This document shows, piece by piece, positions 35,989-48,538 of a stretch of DNA of 64,000 nucleotides. A program made the translations under genes and the position numbers. Location: assembly GCF_963921235.1 (NCBI RefSeq), contig NC_086097.1, positions 125,738,001 through 125,802,000 of the forward strand, read 5' to 3'. Origin of the DNA: Mobula hypostoma. Lineage: Eukaryota. Under the pieces are notes generated by a model. It did no database searches, had not been told where the DNA came from, and was given only the letters and a program-made list of their open reading frames with translations. Each line of letters opens with the position of its first letter. The stretch's first letter is position 1.

Positions 35989-37464
35989 CAGGTGTCCCCC
36001 GCTTTTCGAACGTTTGCTTTACAAAACCTCACTGTTACGAGAAAGAAGCAGTGCGCGATAAAAGGCAGCGTGTCCCAAGCAGCTGCTCTCCCCCAGATTC
36101 GGAACTGCATTGCTTTAACAAGTGCCTGTGAACAGCCGTTTGCAAGATGAGTTCTATGGTATCGGAAAAGCCTAAAAGAGCTCATAAGGGTGTTATACTT
36201 AATGTAAAACTAGACATAATTAAGCATTTCGATCGTGGTGAACGAAGTAAGGACAAAGTTAGTTTGGCTTGTGGAAGCTGACGAACATGATGTTAAAGAG
36301 GTTTTGGCATCCCATGACCAAGAACTGACAGATGAAGAGCTGATGCAATTGGAAGAAAAAAGGATAACAATCAAAACCAAATGAGTAATGATAAAGTACG
36401 ACTTTAATTTTGAAAGGGTACGTCGGTTTAAGGGATATTTGCAGGATGGTTTGAGTCCTTACAAAGAACTGTATGATAGAAAAATGCGCAAGGCTCAGCA
36501 ATCAAGCAAGCCTTCCACATCAGCCACAGCAGACGACGAACCTCGACCTTCGACATCGAGGCGAGCAGTCATAGGAGATGATGAGCTGCTTGCTCTAATG
36601 GAAACAGACGACGAGATGACACCCCAATATCCCATCACCCCAACCCCCAGACAGATACCGATTCGCAGAGAATGCAACGGTAGCCGGGAGGCACACAGCA
36701 CATCTTTAAGAAAAAAGCCGAAATAAACATGCTAATTAATTAGGTGCCGCCGACACGTAATTGTCAGCCCAGATCGGAGGCGACACAATCGGAAATCGGC
36801 ACTGATCAGGGCCAACAATTACGTGCCGGGTGGCACCTAATTAATTAGCATGTTTGTTTCGGCTTTTTTCTTAAAGATGTGCTGTGTGAATCCCGGCTAC
36901 TGCTGCACCCCTGCGTGCTTTGCGGCAATGTATCGGGTCGGCGGCCCGGAGGGTGGGGGCCACTGCACCACCCAAACTCCGACTCAGCCTAACACACCAT
37001 CATCAGCGTGCTCGGCGCTGTCTTCCTGATTCCCGTAAGTGATACTACACTGTACATACATTATTTCTACTTTATACAGGCTGTGTATTTTTACATGTTA
37101 TTTGGTATGATTTGGCAGCTTCATAGCTTAAAGGTTACTGGAGAGCGCTTGCGTCCTGTTTTTGCCAACAGCGCTTGCGTGAGATTTTCGCTATGGAGAA
37201 CAGTTCAGTAATGATTGTGGAAAAGTATTTCTACTTTATATAGGCTGTGTATTTATCATATCATTCCTGCTTTTACTATATGTTACTGTTATTTTAGGTT
37301 TTATGTGTTATTTGGCATGATTTGGTAGGTTGTTTTTTGGGTCTGCGAACGCTCACAAAATTTTCCCATATAAATAAATGGTAATTGCTTCTTCACTTCA
37401 CGACATTCTGGCTTACAAACCATTTCATAGGAACGCTCTACTTTCCGATGGCGGGGGAAACCTG
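35989..37464 (+). mobile_element. Tigger/pogo-like DNA transposon (internally deleted) inserted in a CR1 fragment
   Basis: TIR CAGGTGTCCCCCGC / GCGGGGGAAACCTG, TA on both sides; transposase remnants LNVKLDIIKHFDRGE, EVLASHDQELTDEELMQLEE, YKELYDRK. Confidence 0.88.
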
Positions 37465-37758
37465 TAGTCAATTTACGCTTCCCTGTGATAGAAGTTATCA
37501 ACAGGTGAGTAGTAGTAAATTTAAAGGGCAAGTTTTATTTCAATAGAGTGCCTGATAGCTGGAATATGCTACTAGGTGGTGGTGGTTGTCTCAGATACAA
37601 TGGCCATGTTTAAGAGGCATTCAGACAGACACTTAATTGGCAAGGTATAGAAGGATATAGGCAAAAAGGGTCAGTGTAGATAGGCAAAACGTTTGCCATC
37701 AACATTGTGGGTCAAAAGGCCTATTTTTGATCTGTACAGCTATGACTCTAAACGTGTG

Positions 37759-38593
37759 TGTGACAAAAGACCAAGTTATCAGAAGATTGATGCCGATAAG
37801 AGAGACAATGGGGAAACATTCAAAATGCTAATAAATGAGAGACGAGAGAGATTAACGAAAAGAGACACAGTTCTGAGTATCGTCAGACCGGTTGCTTTGA
37901 ACCTGAACTGTTTGAAATTTGATGGACAGGCGATACCCCAGCAGGGGGATAAAAGGAACAGGTTCGCTAAGGCAAGCGACACACCATGACACCACGAGAT
38001 AACAAGACCCTGGAAGTGCGTTATCCCCCCCCCCAAGTTGGTGGGAGTTTTTGGAGGTCTGGTCGCGGGACCGACCATAGATGCACAGGGTGAAAAGGTA
38101 CGATCGGCGGGAACCTGGTGTGTGTGTCCGCCCTTGCCCGGGTGCCGGGTTCACCGCAGAAGAACGATCGTATCTGGAACGGAGGGGTCACAGTCGGTGA
38201 CCTCATTAGACATTACAAAGGACTCGCCCGAAAGTTAACTGCGAGGAATATCAAAGGTCTGTTTGAATCCAATTTGAATATCATCATTTGCTCTCTCTCT
38301 CTCTCTCTCCCCCCAACGGCACAACAGCGATTACTGCGAACTGAACTAAACTCTGTGTCACTTGAGACTGATCATTTTACCCCTAGACTGCGATAGAGCT
38401 TGATTGATCCTATTATCCTAGATCTGTGCACATGTGTGTTTTATCATTGCTAACCTGTTGCATTTATATCCTTATGTTTAGAGTACTGTGTTACTTATTT
38501 CTTTAATAAAACTTTCTTAGTTCCAGTAATCCAGACTCCAACTAAGTGGTCCATTTCTGCTGGTTTGGCAACCCAGTTACGGGGTACATAACA
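37759..38593 (+). mobile_element. Solo LTR (probably Gypsy-type), 835 bp
   Basis: TGT...ACA termini, 4-bp TSD tgtg (37755-37758 / 38594-38597), AATAAA at 38505, CpG retained. Confidence 0.8.
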
Positions 38594-39099
38594 TGTGATT
38601 GCTGCGCTGTTCCTTCAAAGCGCTCTCACCTGACACTAACAATCAAAAATAGTCTTCTGGATATTTGTTTGGGATACACAAGTGTTCGTGCTCACAGGCT
38701 GCTTAACTGGTCATGCTGGATTGTCAAATGAGACAGTTTGTATGAATATTCAAAAAATAGTCTATTACGTTACATTAAAAAAAGAAAAACTGGTAGGCAA
38801 AGATGTGGCCTCTATTTTGGAGCTGTGGCTCGATGGCTAAGATTTTGTTAATTGTTCTGAACATTACCAGACAGCAATTCTGTGACTTCCACCCATTGAT
38901 AGTCAACACAAGTTTAAAACTTAAGATAACTAAGATCTTAGGTGGAAATTCATGCTGAGATTCACCAGCATTTAAGATAGGGAACTGTTCTGGATCATGT
39001 GCCAGGTTAAAGTTAGCACAGACCATCAGGCTAATGGTTTCAATGGTGATTGTAGAGTTGTGGGGAAGAAAGGTGGGATTTTTAATTATTTGTGATTTG

Positions 39100-39610
39100 T
39101 TAAATCTCCTAACTAGTGTACAAGACGATAAGAGGCACAGATCAAGTGGGTGCAAATGGCTAATACGAGGGGGCATAATTTTAAGGTGAATGGAGGGAAG
39201 TATAGGTACACAGAGAGCAGTGGAATGTATTGCTAGGGGTGGTGAAAGAGGCAGATACATTAGGCCATTCAAGAAACTCTTAGAAAGGAATGCGGATGAT
39301 AGAGAAAATGCTGGTGAACGCAGCAGGCCAGGCAGCATCTATAGGAAGAGGTACAGTCGACGTTTTGGGCCGAGAAGGGCCGACTGTACCTCTTCCTATA
39401 GGTGCTGCCTGGCCTGCTGCGTTCACCAGCATTTTTTATGTATGTTGCTTGAATTTCCAGCATCTGCAGATTTCCTCGTGTTTGGATGATAGAGAAATGG
39501 AGGCCTATGTATGAGGGAAAGGTTAGTTTGAACTTAAAAGTAGGTTACAATGTTACATCAAAATCATGTATGAAAGAGCCTGTATTGCGCTGTACTGTTA
39601 TAGGTTCTAA
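39100..39610 (+). mobile_element. CR1 3' fragment interrupted by a fold-back Penelope-tail insertion
   Basis: CR1 tail continues either side of the duplicated ggatgatagagaaa. Confidence 0.8.
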
Positions 39611-40994
39611 CTTAAAGCTTTTTTAGAAAATAAATGTGCTAAAAATTACATTGAGGTAAGTTGAATTATTTAAAAATGAGTTTTGACAGTTATAAAACCA
39701 GACTGGGTCTTTGTTGGCTTTTAAAACTGTCAGGGAGTTTTGGAAGTAACACTTCTTTACAACAGTGTTCAGAATCCCATCACCATTCAGGGCCTTGTTG
39801 CTAGGCTTTGGAGTGCACTGAGACACAAGATTCACCTGCTCAATTTGGTAATTATGGATGAGAGGTGATGCTGGGTGGCCAAATAAACCTGGGCTAATGA
39901 ATATAAATTCTACTTTGAATGACAGTGTTGAACAAAAATTGAAATGGAGAGAAAAGAAAAAAGGTCAGAAAAGGTCAATATTAATAAACAAAGCATCATC
40001 CTGACAAGGTTACTTATAAAGTCAAACAACACATCTCAGTTAACAAAGTAATAACAATCTGCAGAAATTTCTTTCAGAAGCCATTTAAAAATATAATAAG
40101 ACAACTGCAAATAGAAAAATACATTAAAAACAGTGGTATGTTTCAGGTGAAGTGAGATGATGTTAAAATAAATGTGACTAGTGCAGAGACACACTTAACT
40201 ATGGTCACAGAAGAAAACTCTTGCAGGATTCAATGCAAGCTTTAAATAATCTAGAACAGGCAACTGTCTGAAACCAAGTACTGAAATTAGGGTAAAATGC
40301 AGTGAAAATTGTGAGGCAAGGTATACAAAAACCAAATAAGCAAGAAAATGATCCTGAAATAAAACAGGGCTGACCATTTTGATTTGGACATGCCTGTTCT
40401 GGGAAAGAGGAGTCATGCCAGGCTTGGGAGAATCCAGCAGTAGCCACCAAGACTGCAGTCAGCCACTGGTTTCATCCAGCAGAGATTTCACAGAAAACTT
40501 TAAGCACTTTTTAAACACTACACGGACCTCCACTGTACATCTGTAAAGAATGGTCCTATGTTAAAGTTGCATTGCTCTGTGCCTGAACTATATTTAAGAA
40601 AGATGGTGGGAACACACTGTAATACTGCTCCCAGCCTCCATTACTTTTATTGTTTAATGGGTGAACAATGTGTGCAAGCTTAAAAGGGTAGCTTTGTGGC
40701 AGGTACATCAAAACATTACCATGAAATGCACCGCTTGCATCAAATCAGAGAGGATTATGCTGGGGGTAGCCGGCAAGTGTCGGCACACTTCCATCACCAA
40801 CATAGTATGCCCACAACTCACTAGCCCTAACGGTATATCTTTGAAATGTGGCATTTGAGCACTTGGAATAACCCCACAAGTGCAGAACAAAGACCGCTTA
40901 CCAATAACACATAAATTTAGAGTTGGGAATGATGGCGATGTCAAGCAACCACTGACTGTCCATCTGGGTGCCTGAGATAATGACAGCTATTAGA

Positions 40995-41195
40995 AGTGTT
41001 ATATAAAACTACCTTCAGGATATTGGATATGTATAAGCTGTACATTTAATGTAAATATATTTCCTGTTTAGACTTGGGTCTCATCCCCAAGATATCTCAT
41101 TAAACAGATGCAAATATTCCAAAATCTGAGAAGTACCAAAATCCAAAACACTTCTGGCCCCAAGCAGGGGTGCTCAAGCAGGGGTGCTCAATCTG
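40995..41195 (+). mobile_element. Tigger4/MER46 (Zombi)-like right end
   Basis: gtttagacttgggtctcatccccaagatatctcatt...gcaaatattccaaaatc...acacttctggccccaagca...ctcaatctg|ta closely resembles the recalled human Tigger4 3' end. Confidence 0.7.
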
Positions 41196-41469
41196 TATTT
41201 GGTTTCAGTCAGTCATCTCAGTGAGGCTAAGTTTTAGATACCGCATGAGTCTTCTGTCAAATGCTATTATCCTTCAAACCCTTTTATAATCTTAGGAACA
41301 TCCCACTTTAGAGTGAATCTGAAGAACTGATAAAGCACATTTTCAGCACAATAATAAGTGTTTCCACAGCACTAGCAGATTCACTGCTTACTGCAGTTTT
41401 AATGAATTTCTTCGTAAGTGACCTTTGCAGTGAAAACAAGACATTTGCGTCAGAAATAGGGAGACTTAC

Positions 41470-41583
41470 ATGAAGAGGCTGCTCAGCAACCACCAACATT
41501 CGGTATTCTGCATATTTCCTAACATATTCGTAAACATTCAGAGGAGTGACCGGAATATTGGCTCCACCAGGAACAAGTTCAAC
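41470..41583 (-). CDS. UBR5: UBR5 HECT exon: [38 protein letters not shown]
   Basis: HECT ELxPxGxxIPVT..N..EY motif; tgcag/gtaagt boundaries; 114 nt. Confidence 0.97.
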
Positions 41584-42449
41584 CTGCAACCAACAAAAAT
41601 TGCAGATTCTTACATGATCGTACATGATATACAGTGGAAAATAAGGGAAGAATTTTACAGTACTGCATCTACAGCGGCAGTGAATCAGAATGTTTCTACT
41701 AAAAGCAGAAAATACCAACTTGACTTTGATCTCGAGGTGCTTTTAAGGACACATTTCAATGAATAAGCCTTTGTGAAGGTATCAAGTCTAGTCTGGCATT
41801 CGATGTGTACACAATACAAGCTTAAATAATTAAGCTTGCTCTCTTTATTTTAAAGGAACTTGAATTCCACGTATCAATGAATAAAGCTTCCAATTGGAAA
41901 GAGGAAATAAATATGTAGTAATTGGCGAACACTTCATGCAAAACACTACTCAATATTTGACATACAAACTGTATAATTTTACTCCATTTTAGAGGATGCG
42001 TGGAATTCAACTGCATCCAGTTGGGGCAAGTACAGAACTTTGGCTTCAGTAAGATACTAAAATGAAAGCTCTGAATACTTCACACACGGCTAGATTGTGT
42101 ACTGGCTGAAGAACTTAGAAGTTAATGTTTCATTTAGCCGCATCCATGTGTACGACTGAGTGATAATAACACTTGAAGTTGATCTATGCTGGGAGGAAAA
42201 CACACTTCCATTTGAGGAAGCAGACTTACTTTCCAGTAAATGAGGCAAAAGTGAGGAATTATGAGACACTGGCCATTAGTAGCATGACTATATTCCAACA
42301 CTATCAGTAACTTAATGCTTCTTACGACATCATACTACCAAGGGATATCATGGGTATGAAGGAAAGCCTAGATAATTTCCAGATATATGTACAGATAAGT
42401 TGCCAACCTGGTTAAAAACTGCAACACGGGATACAATGCATGCTAAACA

Positions 42450-44350
42450 GGAAAAATAGCCACGTAATCCCACAATCAGATCACTCTGCATTCCTGCTTC
42501 ACCAAGTTGTGGAAATCAACATACAAACAAAATTACTGGCTAAAAAAGATGATGCCATGAGTACATTTAATCTCGGCAACAATAGGGTGCAGCATGCAAA
42601 TGCCTTGGAACCATGTTCAACCTGAATTATTGAGCAGATGGTCCACCCTGGCTTCTTTCGGCAATTCCTGTCAGCTTCATCAATCCACTAGTGACAGCAG
42701 CGAAGACAGCTGAGACTATGGGATCAGAAACATTCTTGCAGCAAGACTGAAGAAATGAACTGAAACAAGCTGCAACTCCATCCTAACTGTTCCACTGGCA
42801 CCTACCCACAAAGTGAAAAATCATTACTAGCAAGACAATGCCAATCAGGCAATTTACCTCTTATTTTATTCCATCAGCAGCCAAGTAATAAAGGCATCAT
42901 CAACAGGACCATCAAGGAACACTTACTCATCCTTAATTTGAGTTTTATCAGGACCACTTGGGCCCAGATCTTATTGGAGCTTTGGTCCAAAAGTGGATTA
43001 GTGTTGAAAAACTAAAGGGGAGGTAAAAGCAACTGGCCTTGACTTCAGGCAGCATTTGCTTGAGCATATCACCAAGAGTATCCAAAGATTTTAAAGATCA
43101 GCTTTATTTGTCACATGAATATTGAAACACAGATATTCAATATTCACGAATATTGAAATACATCGCCTGCATCAATGACTAACATATTCGGAGGATGTGT
43201 TGAGGGCAACCTGCAAAAGTCACCACAATTCCCGGGCAAACATAGCAAGTCTACAACTCACTATTCCTAATCTGTGTTTCTTTAGAATGTGGGAAGGAAC
43301 TGAAGCAGCTTGAGAAAACCCATGGTCACGGAGAGAACATACAAAGTCAATATAGACAATAGCAGGAACTGAACCTTGATCCCAGGCACTGTAAAATGTT
43401 ACACAAATAGCTACGTCAGCGCATCACCTTATCTGGGGAAACTGAAGTCAAAAAGCATCAAGAAAATTAAGTAGGAATTACATCTTGCATACAGATGACT
43501 GTAGTTGTTGGAGGTTAACAATTCCATAACTGGGCTACTGCTTCAAGCATTTCTCAAGAAACTGTTATTTCTCAACCATCTTCAGCAGCTTTAATCAATT
43601 AAGTCTTCAATTAAGCCAGATGTGGGGGACAAGATACAACATTATTTTCTAATCACAACTGCTCAGAAAATGAAGCACTCAGTGCTTGCTTACTCCAGGA
43701 TATTAACATCATTTGGGCATGGCTGATGTGAAAACATCAGTGTTGTTTGTTCCCTGTGCTGAGCCCATCACAGGTTATCACCCTACCAGTGACACTTGGT
43801 GCAGAACATAACCTACTCTTTCAACCACAATCTGGGATCAAACTGACCAGAAGCCAATCACACACATACCACAACCACAAAAGCAGATCAGTAACTGAGC
43901 ATGTTGAAGGCAGTAATTTATCTTATACCCTACTGTGTTTCCACAATCTGCACGGATTGTCAGGAAAGTGATGAGATACCACTACATACATACCCCTGGT
44001 TGGCCAAATGCTGCTTCAATATTCAAAACACTTGCCACCATCCAGTTCAAACACCATTCACTCCCTCCACTATAGCCACAGTGAATATTACAAACTATTT
44101 ACATCCTGCAATGACATTTCTTGTCTAGGTTGCTCCAATAAGCTCACTCTGAGTCTCTATCACCCAGAAAGACAAGTGCAGCAGACACACAAAACCATAG
44201 CTACATGTCATGTCATATCACATCACACTACTCAACACTGTGGAATTCCCTAACCAACAAAACATCAGGAATGATGCATTTGAGATGGACGCTAATCATT
44301 AATCTCTAAGGCAATTAAGGACAGTAAATGTTGGCCTTGCCAATGTCACC
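42450..44350 (+). mobile_element. Old, highly degenerate LINE (CR1/L2-like) interrupted by a SINE (about 43090-43430)
   Basis: RT-like ALDFRQHL (ALDxxxAFD frameshifted) at about 43035; weak further RT traces. Confidence 0.5.
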
Positions 44351-44623
44351 CCAGATCCTTAGTTATGGATTCAAGACAGTATGGATAAGGTGCAGATTGT
44401 TCTGATCCTATTGCATAGCAAGAGTTGAATGAAATACTCTAATTTTCAATATCCCTACCCATTATTTATGTCTCCAGAACTGCCTTCCTGGCCAACTCTA
44501 TATATAATCATGTATCTATAATGTGTATTTTGTTTGTCAGTCTTTGCTCATGTATAGTTTTATAGTATTCTATTTCTTTATTTTCTGGTGAATGCCTGCA
44601 AGAAAATGAATCTCAAGGTAGTA

Positions 44624-45370
44624 CAGTGGATTCCAGCTGACGGGACACATTGGGACCAACACATTTAGGTCCAATTAGTCCGTTTCATGGAAATAGTTAA
44701 AAGGCATAGAAAAGCCAAACTGAGTACCAAACTATGTATTTAAATGAAATATAGAACAAATTAGAACACTACCAATACTATTACGGTACTATAAAACTGT
44801 ACTAGTTCCTAACAGTATCGACAGAGGAACTCGTCTAGTGTACACTGCCACGTTCTTGCTAGACTAAAATGAACAAAATCAGCAGACACCTCCTGCAGAT
44901 AATGGAAAGCCTTCATAGAAAACTTTTGACAATTGTATCTTTCAAATCTTCATTTTCATTGTAACATTCAGATTTATCATCAATTCTTTCAAATTCTTTA
45001 TAGTTCCTAACATGTTGAAGTAGTGAGATCATTTCATTTTCACTCCTAACCATTTCTAGCACCTTCAGGCCTCAATGCTTGAAACTGCAGTGAGCAAACA
45101 AGGTTCAGAATTCTCTTATTGCTTATATCTCACCAATTACATATCAGTGACAAAAATCACTGCTTTTTGAATAGAAGCACATGCAACTGACGCTATTTAA
45201 AAATTATTTGCTTTAAGTATGGTGCAGTGTTAAATGACCACACAAGTGCACATGACTGAAGCTAATTAGAAACTGTTGGGCGTCAGTTTTGTATCCCTAT
45301 AAAGTGTCTTAGTGTCCAAAATAAACAACTGACTCAATTAACGAATGGCCAAATTAATCAGAATACACTG
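44624..45370 (-). mobile_element. Tigger/pogo-type non-autonomous element, copy 2, inserted in a Rex tail
   Basis: TIR CAGTGGATTCCAG / TCAGAATACACTG; splits tctcaaggtagta|tgtatggtgacata. Confidence 0.8.
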
Positions 45371-45493
45371 TGTATGGTGACATATATGAATTTTGATAAT
45401 AAATTTTACTCTGATTTGATTTTAGGATCTCAATAAACCAATACATATTCTTTAGTTCTATGATATCTAAAGCAAGTTGCTCTAATACCTATA

Positions 45494-47066
45494 CAGTGGC
45501 ATGCAAAGTTTGGGCACCCCAGTCAAAATTTCTGTTATTGTGAATAACTAAGCAAGTAAAAGATGACCTAATTTCCAAACGGCATAAAGTTAAAGATGAC
45601 ACATTTCTTTAATACTTTAAGCAAGATTACTTACTTTTATTTCCATATTTTACTGTTTCAAACTAACAAAAAATGAAAACGGCCCAAAGCAAAAGTTTGG
45701 GCACCCTGCATGGTCAGTACTTAGTAACACCCCCTTTGGCAAGTATCACAGCTTGTAAATGCTTTCTGTAGCCAGCTAAGAGTCTTTCAATTCTTGCAAA
45801 AGCCTTCTAGTTCTGTGAGATTCTTGGGTCGCCTTGCATGCACTGCTCTTTTGAGGTCTATCCACAGATTTTTGATGATGTTTAGGTCAGGGGACTGTGA
45901 GGGCCATAGAAAAACCTTCAGCTTGTGCCTCTTGAGGTAGTCCACTGTGGATTTTGAAGTGTGTTTAGGATCATTATCCTGTTGTAGAAGCTATCCTCTT
46001 TTCATCTTCAGCTTTTAAAAAAAAAGATGGTGTGATGCTTGCTTCCAGAATTTGCTAAAATTTAATCGAATTAATTCTTCCCTCTACCAGTAATATGTTC
46101 CCCGTGCCACTGGCTACAGCACAATCCCAAAGCATGACCAATCCACCCCTGTGCTAAACAGTTGGAGAGGTGTTCTTTTCATGAAATTCTGCACCCTTTT
46201 TTCTCCAAACATACCTTTGCTCACTGCGGTCTATCTCATCAGTCCACAGGACTTGTTTCCAAAATGCATCAGGCTTCTTTAGATGTTCCTTTGCAAACTT
46301 CTGACACTGAATTTTGTGGTGAGGATGCAGGAAAGGTTTTCTTCTGATGACTCTTCCATGAAGGTCATATTTGTGCAGGTGTCGCTGCACAGTACAACAG
46401 TGCACCACTAATCCAGAGTCTGCTAAATCTTCCTGAAGGTCTTTTGCAGTCAAACAGGGGTTTTGATTTGCCTTTCTAGCAATCCTACAAACAGTTCTCT
46501 CAAAGTTTTCTTGGTATTCCAGACCTCCACCGTTCCTGTTAACTGCCATTTCTTAATTACATTACGAACTGAGGAAACGGCAACCTGAAAATGCTTTGCT
46601 ATCTTCTTACAGCCGCCTCCTGCTTTGTGGGCATCATTTATTTTAATTTTCAGAGTGCTAGGCAGCTGCTTAGAGGAGCCCATGGCTGCTGATTGTTGGG
46701 ACAAGGTTTGAGGAGTCAGGGTATTTATAAAGCTTTGAAATTTGCATCACCTGGCCTTTCCTAACGATGACTGTGAACAAGCCATAGCCCTAACAAGCTA
46801 ATTAAGGTCTGAGGCCTTGGTAAAAGTTATCTGAGAGCTCAAATCTCTTGGGGTGCCCAAACTTTTGCACGGTGTTCCTTTCCTTTTTTTCCCACTGTAA
46901 AATTGTACAAAACACAAATAACACACTACTCTTGCTTCAAAATGTTGAAAAGAATGTTTCATCTTTAACTTTATGACTTTTGGAGATCAGTTCATCTTCT
47001 ACTCACTTAACTATTCACAGTAACTGAAATTTTGACCAGGGGTGCCCAAACCTTTGCATGCCACTG
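45494..47066 (-). mobile_element. Tc1-like transposon (IR/DR type), 1573 bp, disrupted transposase
   Basis: TIR CAGTGGCATGCAAAGTTTGGGCACCCC, TA TSD, inner direct repeats at about 45689 and 46851; KKIAKHFQVAVSSVRNVIKKW, RRKPFL, WKQVLWTDE. Confidence 0.95.
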
Positions 47067-47254
47067 TAGGTATCAACAAGTTGAATCTATTTTGTAATTT
47101 TTGCCACACTTCATGAAGATACTAACCCCACAAACAATATCCCAATAACTTGCGCAACTTCAAACTTTTTACTTTTGTTGCATCTCCACATATATGAAGT
47201 TTTATCTACTAATTTACCATGAACCTTTTCCATTGAAAGACTTTGCAAAGAGCA

Positions 47255-47805
47255 GGATTTCCCTGTGGCCAACTATTTAAACTCTTATTCCTGTTCCCTT
47301 TCTGACATGTCTGACCATGGCCTCCCTTTTCTGCCATGATGAGGCTATTCTCAGGCTGGAGGAGCGACAACTCGTATTCCAAAGATAGCCTCCAACCTAA
47401 TGGCACGAACACTGATTTCTCCAACTTCCATCAATTTCTCTCCCCTCCTTCCCACTCCTCACTTCAAGTTTGCACTCTGGCCTCTTATATCTTCTCATCT
47501 GCCTATCATTTCCCTTTCTTCCATGGTCCACTCTCCTCTCCTATCAGATTCCTTCTTCTCTAGCCCTTTACCATTACCATCTATCACCTCCCAGCTTCTT
47601 ACTTCACCCCCCTTCCCTCAGCCATCTGGTTTCACCTATAACCTTCTGGCTTTATCTCCTTCCCCGGCCCCGCACTTTCTTATCCTGCAACCTTCCCCCT
47701 TCCATTCCAGTGCTGATGTGTCTTGGCCCGAAACTCCAACTGTTTATTCATTTCCATAGGTACTGCCTGACATGCCGAGTTCCTCCAGCATTTTGTGTGT
47801 GCTAT
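47255..47805 (+). mobile_element. Penelope-like 3' tail
   Basis: Colinear with 34680-35310; degenerate hammerhead core at about 47713-47732. Confidence 0.78.
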
Positions 47806-47928
47806 TAAAAAGTATAACAATTATTATTTCTGTTAAGATTTTTAAAGTGATACGTTATTATGCATGTCATATTCATTCACTAATACAAATGTAATTACAA
47901 TTGAGCTTACACACAAAAGTAACTATAC

Positions 47929-48084
47929 CTGTCCTCCGCCTTCTTCTTTACAAAGATCAATAGCAAAAGCAAGATCCATTGCTGCAAACACTGCATATGC
48001 ATCCTGACTCTGAGAAGCGAGGATCAATTGCCGTAAACTTTCATACATCACATGATCAAAGAAAGCAAAGTCATGCCAATTCAC
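47929..48084 (-). CDS. UBR5: UBR5 HECT exon: VNWHDFAFFDHVMYESLRQLILASQSQDAYAVFAAMDLAFAIDLCKEEGGGQ
   Basis: ORF 47923..48147 core; AG/GT boundaries; 156 nt. Confidence 0.97.
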
Positions 48085-48173
48085 CTGGAAAGGATTTACA
48101 ATCATTACTTTTAATAAGTCCAAGTTCCAATTATACAATATGCACATAAAATTATATTCACTAACATACTTAC

Positions 48174-48258
48174 TTTCCTTCCTAGCAGAACTTTAATAAC
48201 ATGTCTATTTAGTGTTATAGGGCATAATTCATTTTGTAGTAAGCAAAGACCCAATATC
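48174..48258 (-). CDS. UBR5: UBR5 HECT exon: ILGLCLLQNELCPITLNRHVIKVLLGRK
   Basis: Manual translation; ttcag/gtaagt boundaries; 85 nt. Confidence 0.96.
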
Positions 48259-48359
48259 CTGAAATGAATTCAAAGGGAAAGTTATAATTTTTAATTTTCT
48301 GTATGAACTGGAAAAAAATGAATAGTACATAACCATAATAAGTTTACAATTCAATTCAC

Positions 48360-48538
48360 CTGCCAATATTACGGAAACAATTGAGGCGTGCTTCTGTGTT
48401 TTTGCCAGGCCTTGGTGAGTAGAATCCTCGCTTCCCAGGTTGATAGAATAATGGGGCATTATCATCACCATCATCTGGCTCATCCAATTCCATGTCCACC
48501 ACACTCCGACTGGAACCATGTCGTTTTCTAGTGTCCTG
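48360..48538 (-). CDS. UBR5: UBR5 exon: [59 protein letters not shown]
   Basis: Manual translation; TAGCAG tandem acceptor (start 48538 or 48535); gtgaat donor. Confidence 0.95.

Noticed and set aside
38775..39338. 187-aa minus ORF sense to UBR5
   Set aside because: Spans antisense CR1, the hairpin and unique intron; no UBR5 similarity, and the flanking exons already join in frame.
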